DNA of 64,000 nucleotides from Isurus oxyrinchus (GCA_026770705.1 JANJGN010000100.1:1674001-1738000), one strand, 5' to 3'. Positions 24,609 through 37,599 are shown, numbered from the stretch's first letter. Notes: a model not told the origin generated them from the letters alone. Made by a program: numbers and translations.

Positions 24609-25365
24609 TGGAGATTTACTGACCTCGTGCAAACTGTTAAAATGAGTCTGAGTTGTTTCTTGATGAAAAACAGAAGACGCTCATCTCTGCCAGAATCAGT
24701 GGAGTGAGAGCTGGAGTTCTGCCTCAGCGCTGGAAATATCACCCGTGCAACAGGTCGAGAACAAATATAGAGGTGAAGATAGGGAATGTGAGAAGGTCCG
24801 TGATAGTTTGCAAAACCCTGACCAGAGAGATGCTTGTGCAAGGCAAAATATAGCGGGAATAAAGAAGGCTTTACTGTTTACACCGACAAAAATATCTCCC
24901 AGATCTTGATCCAAATCTCGTGCTAAATGAGAAGAAAACTCGCTGAATCTTCCCCTTTTTAGCTGCACCTCCTTCCAAACATTGCAAATTCCTCTTGCAT
25001 CTTCCATCCTGATACTTTTCTCTGTGAAATTTGAAACTAATGTGAATAAACTTTCTGAAGGTAAACATATGTTAATCCCCGTGGGTAACTGAACCACATT
25101 GACACACACAGAGGGACACAGACAGACATATACACCGAGAGTAACAGAGGGCAAGGGATTGTCACTAAGGAGAGATAAACACCCAGAAATGAAGCCTGAC
25201 ACCAACCGGGTTCCGTCTTTGTTCCATTTCTCGCTGCAACTTTTGTGAATGCTTGCACACAAATAGAAATTAGAGATCGCTGTTGGCTTTAGCTGGTTTT
25301 TATTCAACTTATTTAGACAATTAATTGTGCAGGTACACTGTAAAATTCAGGAATGATAAGAAGCT

Positions 25366-25446
25366 TAATCGGCAGGATTCCAGCTGACCTGTGGAGATCC
25401 CAATGCATTTAAAACCCATCACCTGAAACACTCAGTCACGAATCCA
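25366..25446 (-). pseudogene. tRNA-Ser remnant
   Basis: Plus-strand tcggcaggattc...cccaatg..ttt..ccatcacct..cactcagtcacga aligns to the reverse complement of tRNA-Ser. Confidence 0.5.
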
Positions 25447-25727
25447 AACCCCTGATTTGCATTAATGACATTTGTATAAAAACATAGGCGGCTACATCAG
25501 ACGGTCATTCAGCATATCGTTCACATACCGACTCTGTGCCAGAGCAGCTCAGTGACTGTAATTCCACACACCGCATTTTTACTACAGCAACTCATATTTA
25601 TATTGTCTCTCATCATTCCTCCTATCAAAGTAAAATAACACACGCGACGCTGGATTTAATGTGAGTTGGTATCTGTTGGTTCAAATTGGACAGCTGCAAA
25701 TCCTAAAAGTCAGATATCTTAAACAGT

Positions 25728-25810
25728 TAACAGCGGTGGGATTACGAACCCACGCCTCCATAGCAGCTGGAGACTTAATCCAGGGGATTAGACCGCTGGT
25801 ATTGCCAATG
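25728..25810 (-). pseudogene. tRNA-Leu(AAG) pseudogene
   Basis: Minus strand AGCGGTCTAA..CTGGATTAAGTCTCCAG..GGAGGCGTGGGTTCGTAATCCCACCGCTG; the 5' end is degraded. Confidence 0.75.
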
Positions 25811-27764
25811 AAGCAGAACAGAAGCAAAGGAGCAGGAATAGGTCATTGGGAAACTCGAACGAGCTCCGACAGTTAATCAGATCATCCTGCACTTTGTAAC
25901 ATACAAAAATCATCTCTACTGCTAACTTCCTTTTTCAATGTTTCATTATTTCGATGTTTCAAATTATGTTTCTTTTTTCCTGTGTGACTGTGCGTGAAAT
26001 GTTGGTTAAAATATTGGTAAAAAGTAATGAAATTGTAAATATTTACTGAGAAAAATGAGGAGATGATTGGTCAGGATAAACATTTTTTCATAATTCGATT
26101 TGACATCAACTATTTTTAAAATTTTGAAAACTGTTAAAAGTGTCAAAAGCCAACTCTTCACGTCATTGGGTCAGGGAAACTTTGCTAATTTTCAGACACT
26201 GAGCATGGACACTGCAGAAGTTCCTGCAACTCTTTCAATATTGTTTTTCGTAACTCAGAGTTTCCAATAGGGAATTGGACAAAGACTTGAAGGGAGAAAA
26301 AAAGGTTCTGGAAAGAGGCAAAGAAATTCAGATTAACTAGAAATCACTTTATACAAAACTGACAGAGATATGATATTCCGAAAGGCCTCTTACTGCGCTG
26401 TGCCATTTGATGATGACATTGTTGATCAGTCTGTCTCCAGCATTCCTAATGAGAACAGCCGAATTCCATTTCTTCAAAACAAAGACCCAAAGTGCTGCTG
26501 CATGACGTCACCGCTTTACATTTTAGTGAAGCCCATTGGGCCTTTGTGCTGTTTCCTGTTCCTGTGATGCAGCGATTTTCATGTTTGTCTCACACGTGAA
26601 ACGGTCTCTGGTTCAAAACTGGGCAGAGCCATTATCAAAATCTGTGGGTTCACGTTGCAGCCACGTGGCCTGGTCAGTGTTTATCCCTCAACCAATAGCA
26701 CATGGTCTGCTCATTGTGACGTCCCTGGTTTTGGCTGTTTCCTGAGCGGTGATTGGCTGCCGTGTTCCCTGCATTACATCAATGGCTCCACTTCAATAAA
26801 CGCAAAATACTGCAGAAATCCGAAAAGGGAAACAGAAAATGCAGGAAAAACTCAACAGGTCTGACAGCATCTGTGGAGAGAGAAACCTGCTGAGATTTCC
26901 AACGTTTTCAGTTTTTATTTCAAAAAGGTACTTAATTGGCTGGAAAGTGGTTTGAGACATCCACTGGTCGGGAATAGCGCTATTAAAATGCAAGTCTGTC
27001 CTTCTTTAATTATCTTAACTCCCAGTCCTCTGGTTACTGACCCCTGTCAGTGGAAACAGCCCCTCCCTATCTGCTCTATCAAACCGCCTCGTCCCTGTCG
27101 TCCCCAACCCCGTCATTTTGAACAGCTCCGTGAAATCTCCGTTGAACCTTCTTTGCTCCATAGAGGACAATCCCGGGCTCCATGAACTGTCCATAAAACT
27201 TAATTTCCTCATCTCTGGACATGATGCAAGGCGGAGGATTGAGACGAGATTTTGGAAAAATTGTCAGTTGGCAGGTGGGAAAATGTAGAAGGAACCAAAC
27301 CAGAAAACCTAGTCGCCATCTTTCTGAATCTTTAAAAACTCTGAGAACCGGAATCAGGGGAGAATGAAGGATGAACTGTCCGACTGACCAGAGACAGTCA
27401 AGGCACCTTTCCCTTCTTTAAGACGTTGGAACATTGACTCTGATGTTATCAGTGAAATTTACTGATCTGAGACTTTGAAAGGATTCTCGTTACTGCACAT
27501 CAGGAATTCAAACCTAATATCGGTTTCAGGACAATCAGAATACTTGGTAACAGTCAAGGCACCGAAAGGCTCGAAGGGAGACGGCTCCGCTTGTAGGAGA
27601 GCTAGTTCCCAGTAATGGATGTGTCTGCAGTGGGTAGGATCAGACTGTTTCCATATATCCACAATGAATGTCCCAACCTTTACTTTGGAAAAGTAAAAAT
27701 GATAGAGAGCACTTGTCATTCCGTTCGCTGCAATCTGAAGCTTTAACTCGCTGATACAGTAACT

Positions 27765-27838
27765 GTGTTTGTGGCGCAATCAGTTAGTGCGTTCGGCTGT
27801 TAACCGAAAAGTTGGTGGTTCGAGACCACCCAAGGACG
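27765..27838 (+). tRNA. tRNA-Asn(GTT), mildly degenerate (possible pseudogene)
   Basis: GTGTTTGTGGCGCAATCAGTTAGTGCGTTCGGCTGTTAACCGAAAAGTTGGTGGTTCGAGACCACCCAAGGACG. The anticodon arm is intact, but there is a G-G mismatch in the acceptor stem and an A-box GG>AG change. Confidence 0.75.
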
Positions 27839-28808
27839 AAGCTGTTGCTGTCTTCACACCATAACCCTTCATTGTCACACAGTTCCTGGTTGTCATTTGG
27901 TCCTTGAACTGAATGTCAAGACTCCAGAAATGGTGCCAGCTCCACTGTTATCCAGTGAGTTCCCAGTTAAGCAGCTTTTTATCGAATATTCCTTTCAAAT
28001 GTAATGGGAAAACAATTAGGCATACCATGTACCGATATCCAACACACTGGAAATCTATGAAGTTATTGGATTCAAACAAACCCATCAATTCTTCCCTCTT
28101 CCTCATTTCTACAGTGAGTGAGACAGGGAAAAGCAGCAAGGCAGCAATATTCCGGCCCCGCACTCTCCAGTCACCCGCTGCCCGCAGAAAGCAGCAACTG
28201 CAGCTTCAGTCAGCGGTTACGGCCCATCCCCGGAACGCAAGATACTCCAACCCGGACCAAACCTCCCAATACACCGAGCACAGGCTCAGGAAAAGGCAGG
28301 TAGATTATATCCCGTTCACTAAACCTCTGAGCAGCATTTGCAGAATTCCCGAGTGAGCGAGTTACAAATAAAAGTCACATCAACTTTCTAATCTTTTCAA
28401 TGCAAAATTCCTTCATTTATTGAAAAGCTGACTGTTGTGAATCTGAAAATGAGCACCATGGGATTTGAGTTACCGAGTGATTTGTTTTCCATTGTTTGTC
28501 GGTCAGGTTTGCAATTCAATTTGTGTTGGATGTTGATGCCAATAATTTCAAAATGAGGACACAGCAGGTAAGTATTAAATGCAGGAGAAAATCCTGAGGA
28601 AAATGGATCACAGTATTTGGAAGGAGGTGCAGCTAAGAAGGGGAAGATGTGAATGATGTTATTGATGATTGAGAGGAATGCATTGCAACTTTGGGGCATT
28701 TGTCGGCCGATTACATTCCACACTTTAAAATTCCGACCAAGCTGAGGTATCAGGTGGAAAGCAACAAAACTACCCATGTATGTTGGGAAACGAAACAGCT
28801 TCACACAT

Positions 28809-28873
28809 TCCTGGCTAGCTTAGTCGGTGGAATATGTGACCCTTAATCTCGGGATCGAGCCCCAAGCTGGGTG
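28809..28873 (+). pseudogene. tRNA-Lys(CTT) pseudogene with deletion
   Basis: TCCTGGCTAGCTTAGTCGGTGG...CTTAATCTCGGG^ATCGAGCCCCAAGCTGGGTG. Confidence 0.8.
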
Positions 28874-30013
28874 CTGTTTAAAAATCTCAATAACCGTCGT
28901 ACGGACTAGGAACATTGACCCTGTTTCTGCTTCCAGCTGCTGAACTGTTCCAGCTGTTTCAGGTTTCCATCATTTGTAGTAATTTGCTTTTATCTTTTTA
29001 CTTCTACATCTTACTGCTTAAAAAAACACCAACTAATCACTGCGGCTCCTGTGAAACTTACAAGACAGACATTTACCACTGAAAGCAACTGACACACATC
29101 AAATTGAAAGTAATTTCATTTCGCATGTCTTTCTGCTTCTGTCCCTGCCTCGCCTCCAGCTCCCTCTGCCCGTCCAGCTCCCATGTCAATGAATTACTTG
29201 ATGCAGTCACCGTCTGTTCGTGGGAATGGGTAAAACTCGTGGGTAAAGAGACACCTGGATCTCATTTTCCTGATTCTCCCAGATACTGATTACATGAAGG
29301 TGCACAGTGCCGATTATCCACAGTCGCTCTCCTCCTAGTTGTTCAGCGTTGAAATTGATTTTCACATTGGATTTCAATGTGAAGAAAGCAGAGCTGTGAT
29401 AAGCTTATATTTGTTCAGCGGGTGTACTGCAAGAAGGTGCATAACAGGCTGATGATAAGTACTCTTTGGACGCAGTGAGCTCCATTGAAGGATTGGCAAC
29501 ATTAATTTGTCGCTCATTTAGTCTCGTGACTCATGTCGTGCTGGAAATGATAAAACTCGCTGAATTTGCTCCGTGGTTTGGTTTCAAAAGAGGCGAATAC
29601 AAGGTAAGAAAGTGCATCTCGCTCGAGTGGGTGACAAAATGGCAGAATAACCCGTGCTGTTGGGAAACATAAAATTATAGAAAGTCACAGCACAGAAAGT
29701 GGCCATTCGGCCGGGCGTGCTGCTTTCAAAGAGCAGTAGCGATTGGTTGATCCATCAGGAGTGACATTTGTGCCAATGCAAACAGTAGGCAGCAAAACTG
29801 GTCCTGCTCCCACCTTAATTTGCCTCACACCAACATTTCTATTGTCAGTGCCTTGCAAACAGCCCTGCTCCCTTCCCTGATACTCACGAGAGTGATGTTT
29901 TTCAGATCTGAGGCGAAACTTACGCTCTCACCTCTCTGAATATGGTGGAGTTTTCAAACGTTTTTAATTAATGAGTGTACAATGCTCGTTTCAACAAATA
30001 CAATAAATCTACA

Positions 30014-30085
30014 TTCCCTGACTGGGAATCGAACCCGGGCCGCGGCGGTGAGAGCGCCGAATCCTAACCACTAGACCATCAGGGA
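30014..30085 (-). tRNA. tRNA-Glu(CTC), near-canonical
   Basis: TCCCTGATGGTCTAGTGGTTAGGATTCGGCGCTCTCACCGCCGCGGCCCGGGTTCGATTCCCAGTCAGGGAA. Two differences from the common vertebrate sequence; CpGs largely retained. Confidence 0.93.
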
Positions 30086-31276
30086 CGCTGTACCAGTATT
30101 TTTCGATTCGGCTTATCTACGCTGCTTTTGCCTATTGTTTTTCAGTTCAGATCTCTTTCAGCACAAAACTGCTTGTTTAGGTTCAAGATAAACGACTTCG
30201 TCAGCCAATGAAAACAACAGTTGCTGTGAGCTGGAACATGAAACCGACAGTGAGATGAAATAGTTCCACAAGCTGCACATGCGTCACTTTCAATTTCCAA
30301 AACCCTCCACCCTGTTCGCTGAGCAGTGATTGGCTGCCGTGTTCCCTGCATGAGAACAATGACTCTCCTTCAGAAAGTACTTCAATAAAAGCAAAATCCT
30401 GGAAATCTCAAATCAAAACATTAAACGCAGGTATAACTCAGCAGGTCTGACAGCGTCTGTGGAAAGCAAAACCTGCTGAGTTTCTCAAGCATTTTCTGTT
30501 TTTATTTCAACAAGTGCTGAATTGGTTTGAAAGTGGTTTCAGACATCCGCTGGTCAGGAATGCGCTGTATAAAGGCAAGTCTGTCTTTCCTTCACTATCT
30601 TTAAATCCCAATCCTGTGGTTACTGACCCCCGTCAGTGGAAACAGTTTCTCCCTATTTTTACCATTAAGCCGCCCGTCCCCACTGCCCCCACCCACCTCA
30701 TTTTGAACAGCTCCATGAAATCTCCACCTAAACTTCTTTACTCTAAAGAGAACAATCCCAGTCTCTATAATCTCTCCACAAAATTGAATTTCGTCAGCCC
30801 TGGACATGTGATAAAATGCTCCTAGGGAACGCCTTGTGACGTCTGATTAGGAAAAAGGAGCTTTATAAATATAAGTTGTTGTTGTAGTCCATACATAGAG
30901 ACAAACTACTCTTTCCTCTTTCATCCTGATATTTTTCACTGTAAAATTGAAATGTGAGGTTGCACAACTAATGTGAATACAATTTGTGCTCGTAAAACTG
31001 TGTTCACCTCCTCAGGGAACTGAACCGCATTGACCCACACAGAGAAACTCAGAAATGGACATCGAGAGTGACAGAGGCCTCAGGGGTGAGAAATGCCAGA
31101 GTGAAATCACGTGACCAAATTGGCTCCGTTTTGTTTCCCATTTCCGACTGGAGATTTGTAGAAGGCTGACACATGAACGGAAACAAGAGAACACGGATGT
31201 GTTTGGATCGCTTTCCCTCAATTCAAACGATAATTAGCTCTGTCTGTGCGCGGTTAAATTCCACATTAATGAGAAA

Positions 31277-31359
31277 CGTAGTCGGCAGGATTCGAACCTG
31301 CGTGGGGAAACCCCCAATGGATTTCGAATCCATCGCCTTAACCACTCGGCCACAACTAC
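31277..31359 (-). tRNA. tRNA-Ser(CGA), near-canonical
   Basis: GTAGTTGTGGCCGAGTGGTTAAGGCGATGGATTCGAAATCCATTGGGGGTTTCCCCACGCAGGTTCGAATCCTGCCGACTACG. Full cloverleaf with long variable arm. Confidence 0.9.
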
Positions 31360-31544
31360 AGAAGCTGCTCTTGCGTCACTATTATTTGTATGAAATCATG
31401 CAATGGTTAGAGCGGAGAAAGAGTTCTTTCTGCCCGTCCTGTCACTGCCATTAACTGACCTTTTACCTGGAACCCTGCAATTTATCCTGTCTCTCCTCGT
31501 TCTTCTGACCAAACTGGGAAGGAAAGAGTCAGAATGATCCAACG

Positions 31545-32480
31545 CGGCCACTTACCACCCCATCAGTCTACTCTCCATCATCAGCAAAGTAATGGAAGGG
31601 GTCATCAACAGTGCTATCAAGCAGCACTGACTTAGCAATAACCTGCTCACTGATGCCCAGCTTGGGTTCCACAAGGACCACTCAGCTCCTGATCTCATTA
31701 CAGCCTTGGTTCAAACATAAACAAAAGAGCTGAACTCCCGAGATGAGGCGAAATCAGCATTTGACCGAGTGTGGCATCAAGGTGCCCGAGCACAACTGGA
31801 GTCAATGGGAATCAGGGGGAAACTCTCCGCTTGTTGGAGTCATACCGAGCACAAAGGAAGATGGTTGTGGTTGTTGGAGGTCAGTCATCTTATCTCCAGG
31901 ACATCACTGCAGGAGTTCCTTAGGGTAGTGTCCTCGACCCAACCTTCTTCAGCACTAAACATCCATCCATCATAAGGTCAGAAGTGGCGAAGTTAGCTGA
32001 TGATTGCACAATGTTCAGCACCATACCCGACTCCTCAGATACTGAAGCAGTCCATATCCAAATGCAGCAGGACCTGGGTAATATCCAGGCTTGGGCTGAC
32101 AAGTGACACGTAACATTCACACCACACAAGGGTCCGGCAATGACCATCTCCAACATTAGAGAATCCAACCATCACTTCTTGATGTTCAATGGCATTACTA
32201 TCACTGAATCCCTCACTATCAACATTCTGGGGGTTCACATTGACCAGGAACTGAACTGGACTAGCCATAGAAACACTGTGGCTACAAGAGCAGGTCAGAG
32301 GTTAGGAATCGTGCAACGTGTAACTCACTTCCTGACTCCCTAAAGCCTGTCTACCATCTACAAGGCACAAGTTAGGAGTGTAATAGAATACTCCCCACTT
32401 GCTTGGATGAGTGCAGCCCCCGCAGTACTGAAGAAGCTGGACACTGTCCAGGGCCAAAGCAGTCTACTTGACTGGCACCA
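31545..32480 (+). mobile_element. HER1/CR1-like LINE reverse transcriptase fragment (decayed)
   Basis: YHPISLLSIISKVMEG..QLGF.., GVP*GSVL..ADD and ILGVHIDQELNW motifs, with stops and frameshifts. Confidence 0.85.
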
Positions 32481-33994
32481 CCTCCACATCCAGGTTTAGC
32501 TGCAAGTTACATTGCCTTGAACGTCTGACCAAAGTAAAACACTGCAAACATCAGATCCTGGAGCAAGGCTGACATATTTGCGCAGGTGAGGAACCAGCTG
32601 AAGCTTTCAGTATTGATTTCCTTAACACCAGTTTCAAAATGGGAATTGTTCAATGGCTTGAAAGCGAATAAAACAGGGCTAAAGAGAAAGAGAAGGAAAT
32701 TGTCATTAATTATAAAGCTCTTTGTACAAAACTGACATAGACACGATGGGTGGAAGGTCCTCTTACTGCGCTGTGCCATTTGATGATGACATTGTTGATC
32801 AGTCTGTCTCCAGCATTCCTAATGAGAACAGCCGAATTCCATTTCTTCAAAACAAAGACCCAAAGTGCTGCTGCATGACGTCACCGTTTAACATTCCAGA
32901 CAGCTCCATTGGGATCTTTACAGCGCAGGGTTTATAGAGGCGAGTGGGGTCATATTCGTTTCACATGTGATGGAGCTGCAGTTTGAAACCTGGCAAGAGC
33001 ATTATCCAAGTGTGTTTATTTGAGTGAGTGAAAGTTTGATAATTTATGTTTGTTGTAAATATGAACACGACGGTTGGAATCCTGCTGACGAAATTTTTCA
33101 CCATTTGTGATTTTAACCACATTAATTATCAGTTAATTAGATGGAAACCCATCCAAATACGTCTGTATTTTCTGTTTTCCATTCATTTGTCAGCATTCAG
33201 GAAATTTGCTTTCGGCAATGGGACAAACACTGAGCCAAGTTGGTGACATCCTTGCTTTCTGGGTGTGTGTCTCTCCTTTGGCATATGTCACTCTCGGTGT
33301 ATATCTCTGTGTCTGTTCCTCTGTGATTGTCAATGAGGTTGTTTCCTGAGGGGGTGAAAACTTTTTTAACGTCGCAAACTTAATTCACATTTGTTCAGGT
33401 TCAAATGTCAATGAGACAAGTATCAGCGTGAAAGATAAAACAGGAGACTGGCCCTTTCTATATATATCCTACAACAACAGCAACAACTTGTATCTATAAA
33501 GCACCTTTAACCTGTTGAAACGTCACAAGGCGTGACCCAGGATCATTATATAACAAAGTGTGACTCCGAGCCTCATATTCGGTCAGATGAATAAAAGCTT
33601 GGTCATAGGGGGAGGCTTTAAGAATTGTCTTAACGGAGGAAAGTATTGATTTCATTTTCCAGCTCACAGCAATAGTTCTTCTCATTGATGAAGAAGTCAC
33701 TTGTGTTCAACTGAACACAAGTCCAATGACTCGGGATTGGCACTTCCATTGGACCGACAGCGAATAGGGTGGAGGGTTTTGGAAATTGAAAGTTGCACAT
33801 GAGCAGCTTGTGAGACTATTTCACTTCACTGTTAATTTCATATTCCAGCTCAGAACAACTGTTGTTTTCATTGGCTGACGAAGTCGTTTATCTTGAACCT
33901 CAACAGACAGGTTGTGGTGAAAGAGATCTGAACTGAAAAACAATAGGCAAAAGCAGCATAGATAAGGCGAATCGAAAAAAACTCTCGTGCAACT

Positions 33995-34066
33995 TTCTTG
34001 GCGGTTTACTGTTTAGGATTCGGTGCTCTCACCGCCGCAGCCCGGGTTTGATTCCTGGTCCGGAAA
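33995..34066 (+). pseudogene. tRNA-Glu(CTC) pseudogene
   Basis: TTCTTGGCGGTTTACTGTTTAGGATTCGGTGCTCTCACCGCCGCAGCCCGGGTTTGATTCCTGG. A and B boxes are mutated; a T7 run follows at ~34081. Confidence 0.85.
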
Positions 34067-34824
34067 TGTCTATTTATTGATTTTTTTCGAAACGAGTGTT
34101 GATCACTCATTGATTAGAAACGTTTAAAGGCTTCACCATAATCAGAGGAGTGAGCGTTTAAATTTCGCCTCAGATCTGGAAAACATCACACTCGTGAGTG
34201 GCAGTGAAGGAAGAGGAGAGGAGAAGGGCTGGTTACAAAGCAAAGTACCTTCTTGCAGTACATCTGCTGAACAATATAAGCTTATCATAGCTCTGCTTTA
34301 TTCACATTGAAATCTAGTGTGAAAATCAATTTCAAAGCTGAACAACTGGGAAGGGAGTGACTGTGGATAATCGGCACTGGGCATATTCCTGTAATCAGTA
34401 TCTGGGAGAACCAGGAAGAGGAGATCCCGGTGTCTCTTTACCCACGAGTTTTACCCATTCCCACGAACTGACTGTGCATCAAGTAGCTCATTGACCTGGG
34501 AGCTGGACGGGCAGAGGGAGCTGGAGGAGAGGCAGGGACAGAAGCAGGAAGAAATGGTACAATAAAGTGCTTTCAATTTGATGTGTTTCCGTTGCTTTTG
34601 GTGGTGAATGTCTGCCTTGAAAGTTTCACAGGAGCCGCAGTGATTAGTTGGTGTTTTTTTAAGTAGCAAGATTTAAAAGTAAAAAGATAAAAGCAAATTA
34701 CTGCAAATGATGGAAATCTGAAACAAACACAGAAAATGCTGGAAAAGCTCAGCAGCTGGAGGGAGACACAGAGTCAATGTTTCCAGACTGTAGGACTCTT
34801 AATCAGATTTTTAAAAAATTAAAG

Positions 34825-34897
34825 CACCCAGCTTGGGCCTCGAACCCACGACCCTGAGATTAAGAGTCTCATGCTGCACCGACTGAGCTAGCAAAGA
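34825..34897 (-). pseudogene. tRNA-Lys(CTT), intact core but broken acceptor stem
   Basis: TCTTTGCTAGCTCAGTCGGTGCAGCATGAGACTCTTAATCTCAGGGTCGTGGGTTCGAGGCCCAAGCTGGGTG. Confidence 0.85.
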
Positions 34898-35889
34898 ACA
34901 TGGAAATCTGGCTCGTAACCCAACATACATGGATAAACCTATTGCTTTCCACCTGATATCTCAACTTGGTCGGAAGTTTAAAGTGTGGGACGAAATCGAC
35001 CTACAAAAGCCCGAAGGTTGCAATGCATTCCCCTGAATCATCAATAACATAATTCACATCTTCCACTATATAGCTGCACCTCCTTCCAAATACTGCAATC
35101 CATTTTGCTCAGGATTTTCTCCTGCATTTAATATTTACCTGCTTTGTGTCCTCATTTTGAAATCAGATTTGCTTCAATATCCAACACAAATTGAATTGCA
35201 AACCTGACAGACAAATAATGGAAAACAAATTACTCGGTAACACAAACCCCATGGTGCTCATTTTCAGAGTCACAACAGTCAGCTTTTCAATAAAATTAAG
35301 GAATTTTACAGCAAAAAGAATTAGAAAGTTTGTGTGAATTTTATTTGTGACTCACTCAATCGGGTATTCTGTAAATGCTGCTCAGAGGTTTAGTGACCAG
35401 GATATAATCTATCTGTGCTTTCCTGAGCCTGTGCTCGATGTATTGGGAGGATTGGCCCGGGTTGAAGTATCTCGCGTCCCAGGGATGGGCACTAACCCAC
35501 TGATTGAAGCTGCAGTCGCTGCTTTCTGCTGGCAGCGGGTGATTGGAGAGTGCGGGGCCCGAATATTGCTGCTTTTCTGCTTTTCCCTGTCTCACTCACC
35601 ATGGAGCTGAGGAAGACTTAGTAATTGATGGGTTCGTTTGATTCCAACAATTTCATGGATTTCTAGTGGGTTGCAGAGTGGGTCCAAATCTTTTCTCACT
35701 GTATTTGACAGAAAACGTAATTTTAAAAAGAAGCTGTTCTTGTGGGAGCTGTCTGGACAGCAAAGACCTGCCACCGTTTTGGGGATGATATCTTGCAGCC
35801 CAAGTATCCAATCACAATCCAGAACTGTGTGGCAATGATTGGTGATTGGCGGGGTTGGGGGGGGGGGGAGTGGAAACAGTAAAACCTTC

Positions 35890-35963
35890 ACCCCCTGGGT
35901 CGTTTTGAATCACTAACCTTTCAGTTAACAGGCAAACATGCTGACCAATTGTATCACAGGCAC
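35890..35963 (-). pseudogene. tRNA-Asn(GTT) pseudogene
   Basis: Minus strand GTGCCTGTGATACAATTGGTCAGCATGTTTGCCTGTTAACTGAAAGGTTAGTGATTCAAAACGACCCAGGGG. Confidence 0.75.
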
Positions 35964-36644
35964 TTACCCTTTCGGTCAGGTTTGTGTATCAGAACCAGGG
36001 TGTCAGTGAGTCTAATCTTCAGATTGCCACTACCCAGATGGCTATCGCACGCTATCAGTTTTATACTTGCAAAAAAAAGGGTGAGACATTCATTATGGAT
36101 ATATGGAAACTGTCTAATCCCACCCACTACAGACACATCCAAATCAGTGGGAATCAGCTGTCTTACAACCGGTGCCATTTCCCTTCGAGCCTTTCATTGT
36201 CTTGTCTGTTACCAAGTATTCAGATTGTCCCGAAGCCGATATTAGGTTTGAATTCCTGATGTGCAGTAACGAGATTCCTTTCAATATCTCAGATCAGTTA
36301 ATTTCACTGATAACATCAGAATCTATGTTCCAGCGTCTTAAAGAAGGGAAAGGTGCCTTGACTTTTTCCAGTTCACCCTTCATTCTCATTGGATTCCATT
36401 CCTCAAAGGGGATTTTCATTTACTTCTTGAGCTCCCTGACCTCATCTGGCAACATCTTTGGATTGAGAGGCTTAATTAACATTTCAGATGCACTGCAGTT
36501 CTAATTAAAGGCAACAGACCTGAAATGAAAACGATGTCTCTCTCTCCACAGACGCTACCAGATCTGCTGAGAATTCCAACATTTTCTGTTTTTATTACAG
36601 ATAACCAGCATCTGCAATGCTTTTCTTTTCTTTTCCTGATTGTT

Positions 36645-37015
36645 GAAACATATAAGACCCTGAGACCTTGACAGGGCGGGTTTTGGGAGGATGTTACCTC
36701 TTGTGGGAGAATCTAGAACTCGGGATCGCTGTTTAAAAATAAGGGTTCACCCATTTAAAACAGAGATTAGGTGATTTTTTTTCTCTCAGTGGGTCGTGAA
36801 ACTTATGAACTCTCTTTCTGAAAAGGCTGTCGAAGCAGAGTCGTTAAATATTTTTAAGGCTGAGGTGGAGATATTCTTGGCAAGCAAGGGTGAGACAGAT
36901 TATTGGAGATAGTTGGGGTACAGATTTCAGGTGACTATCAGATCAGCCATGATCTTATTAAATGGCGGAGCAGGATTGAGGGGCCGAAAGGCTATTCCTG
37001 CTCCTTTTCCTTATG
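36645..37015 (+). mobile_element. CR1-type LINE 3' end, absent from the paralogous copy at 55.4 kb
   Basis: ttttttctctcagtgggtcgtg...agatcagccatgatcttattaaatggcggagcagg...gggccgaaaggctattcctgctcct. Confidence 0.8.
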
Positions 37016-37599
37016 TAGTGCTAAGAATGTGGAACCCATTACCAGTAGATTTCGAGATCATGTCTGAGCTGAAAATGTGTCGCTAAATTCACACTGTAAA
37101 CAGATTGTTTACCATGTGGAATTGGAAAGGGGTTCACTATCATCCCATTTCCTGACACAGGAACACAGTCTTGCTGGTGCGAGACCATTCAGATACTTCA
37201 CATGTGCAAAGGGCTTTATTCTGTTTTCCCACAAGTTAACACTCCAAATTTAAAAGTTCAAAGGATTTGATCCACAATCGGAGAAATGATAATAGCATGA
37301 CATGGTTTAAATGTTTCACGTATAGGGGGAAAGGTCACGAGCTCACCCCGTCTGCTGAGACTGCACTGAGCTCAGATCACACTGAAGGATTATTATGTCC
37401 AGGCGAAAAGTGTGGTGGAGCCCTGATCAATTTGGCCGCTGAATCAATTGATTCAACAATTTTATGCCTTGCCCCAATCTCACACATCTTATTCTGATTA
37501 CAGGACATAGGTTTCTGTTCTTTTATATGGCCTTTCAATGGCGGAGCGGAGACCCAGGTTCCACTGCGAGAAAGAATGTGCCCTATCCTCACTGCAGCA

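Larger units (their letters stand above)
27345..30322 (-). repeat. Segmental duplication unit (Glu-Lys-Asn tRNA module), inverted relative to copies at 13470-17130 and 33490-36405
   Basis: Same tRNA order and homologous spacers, e.g. gaattcctgatgtgcagtaacgag at ~16871 and ~36250, reverse-complemented at ~27486. Confidence 0.88.
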
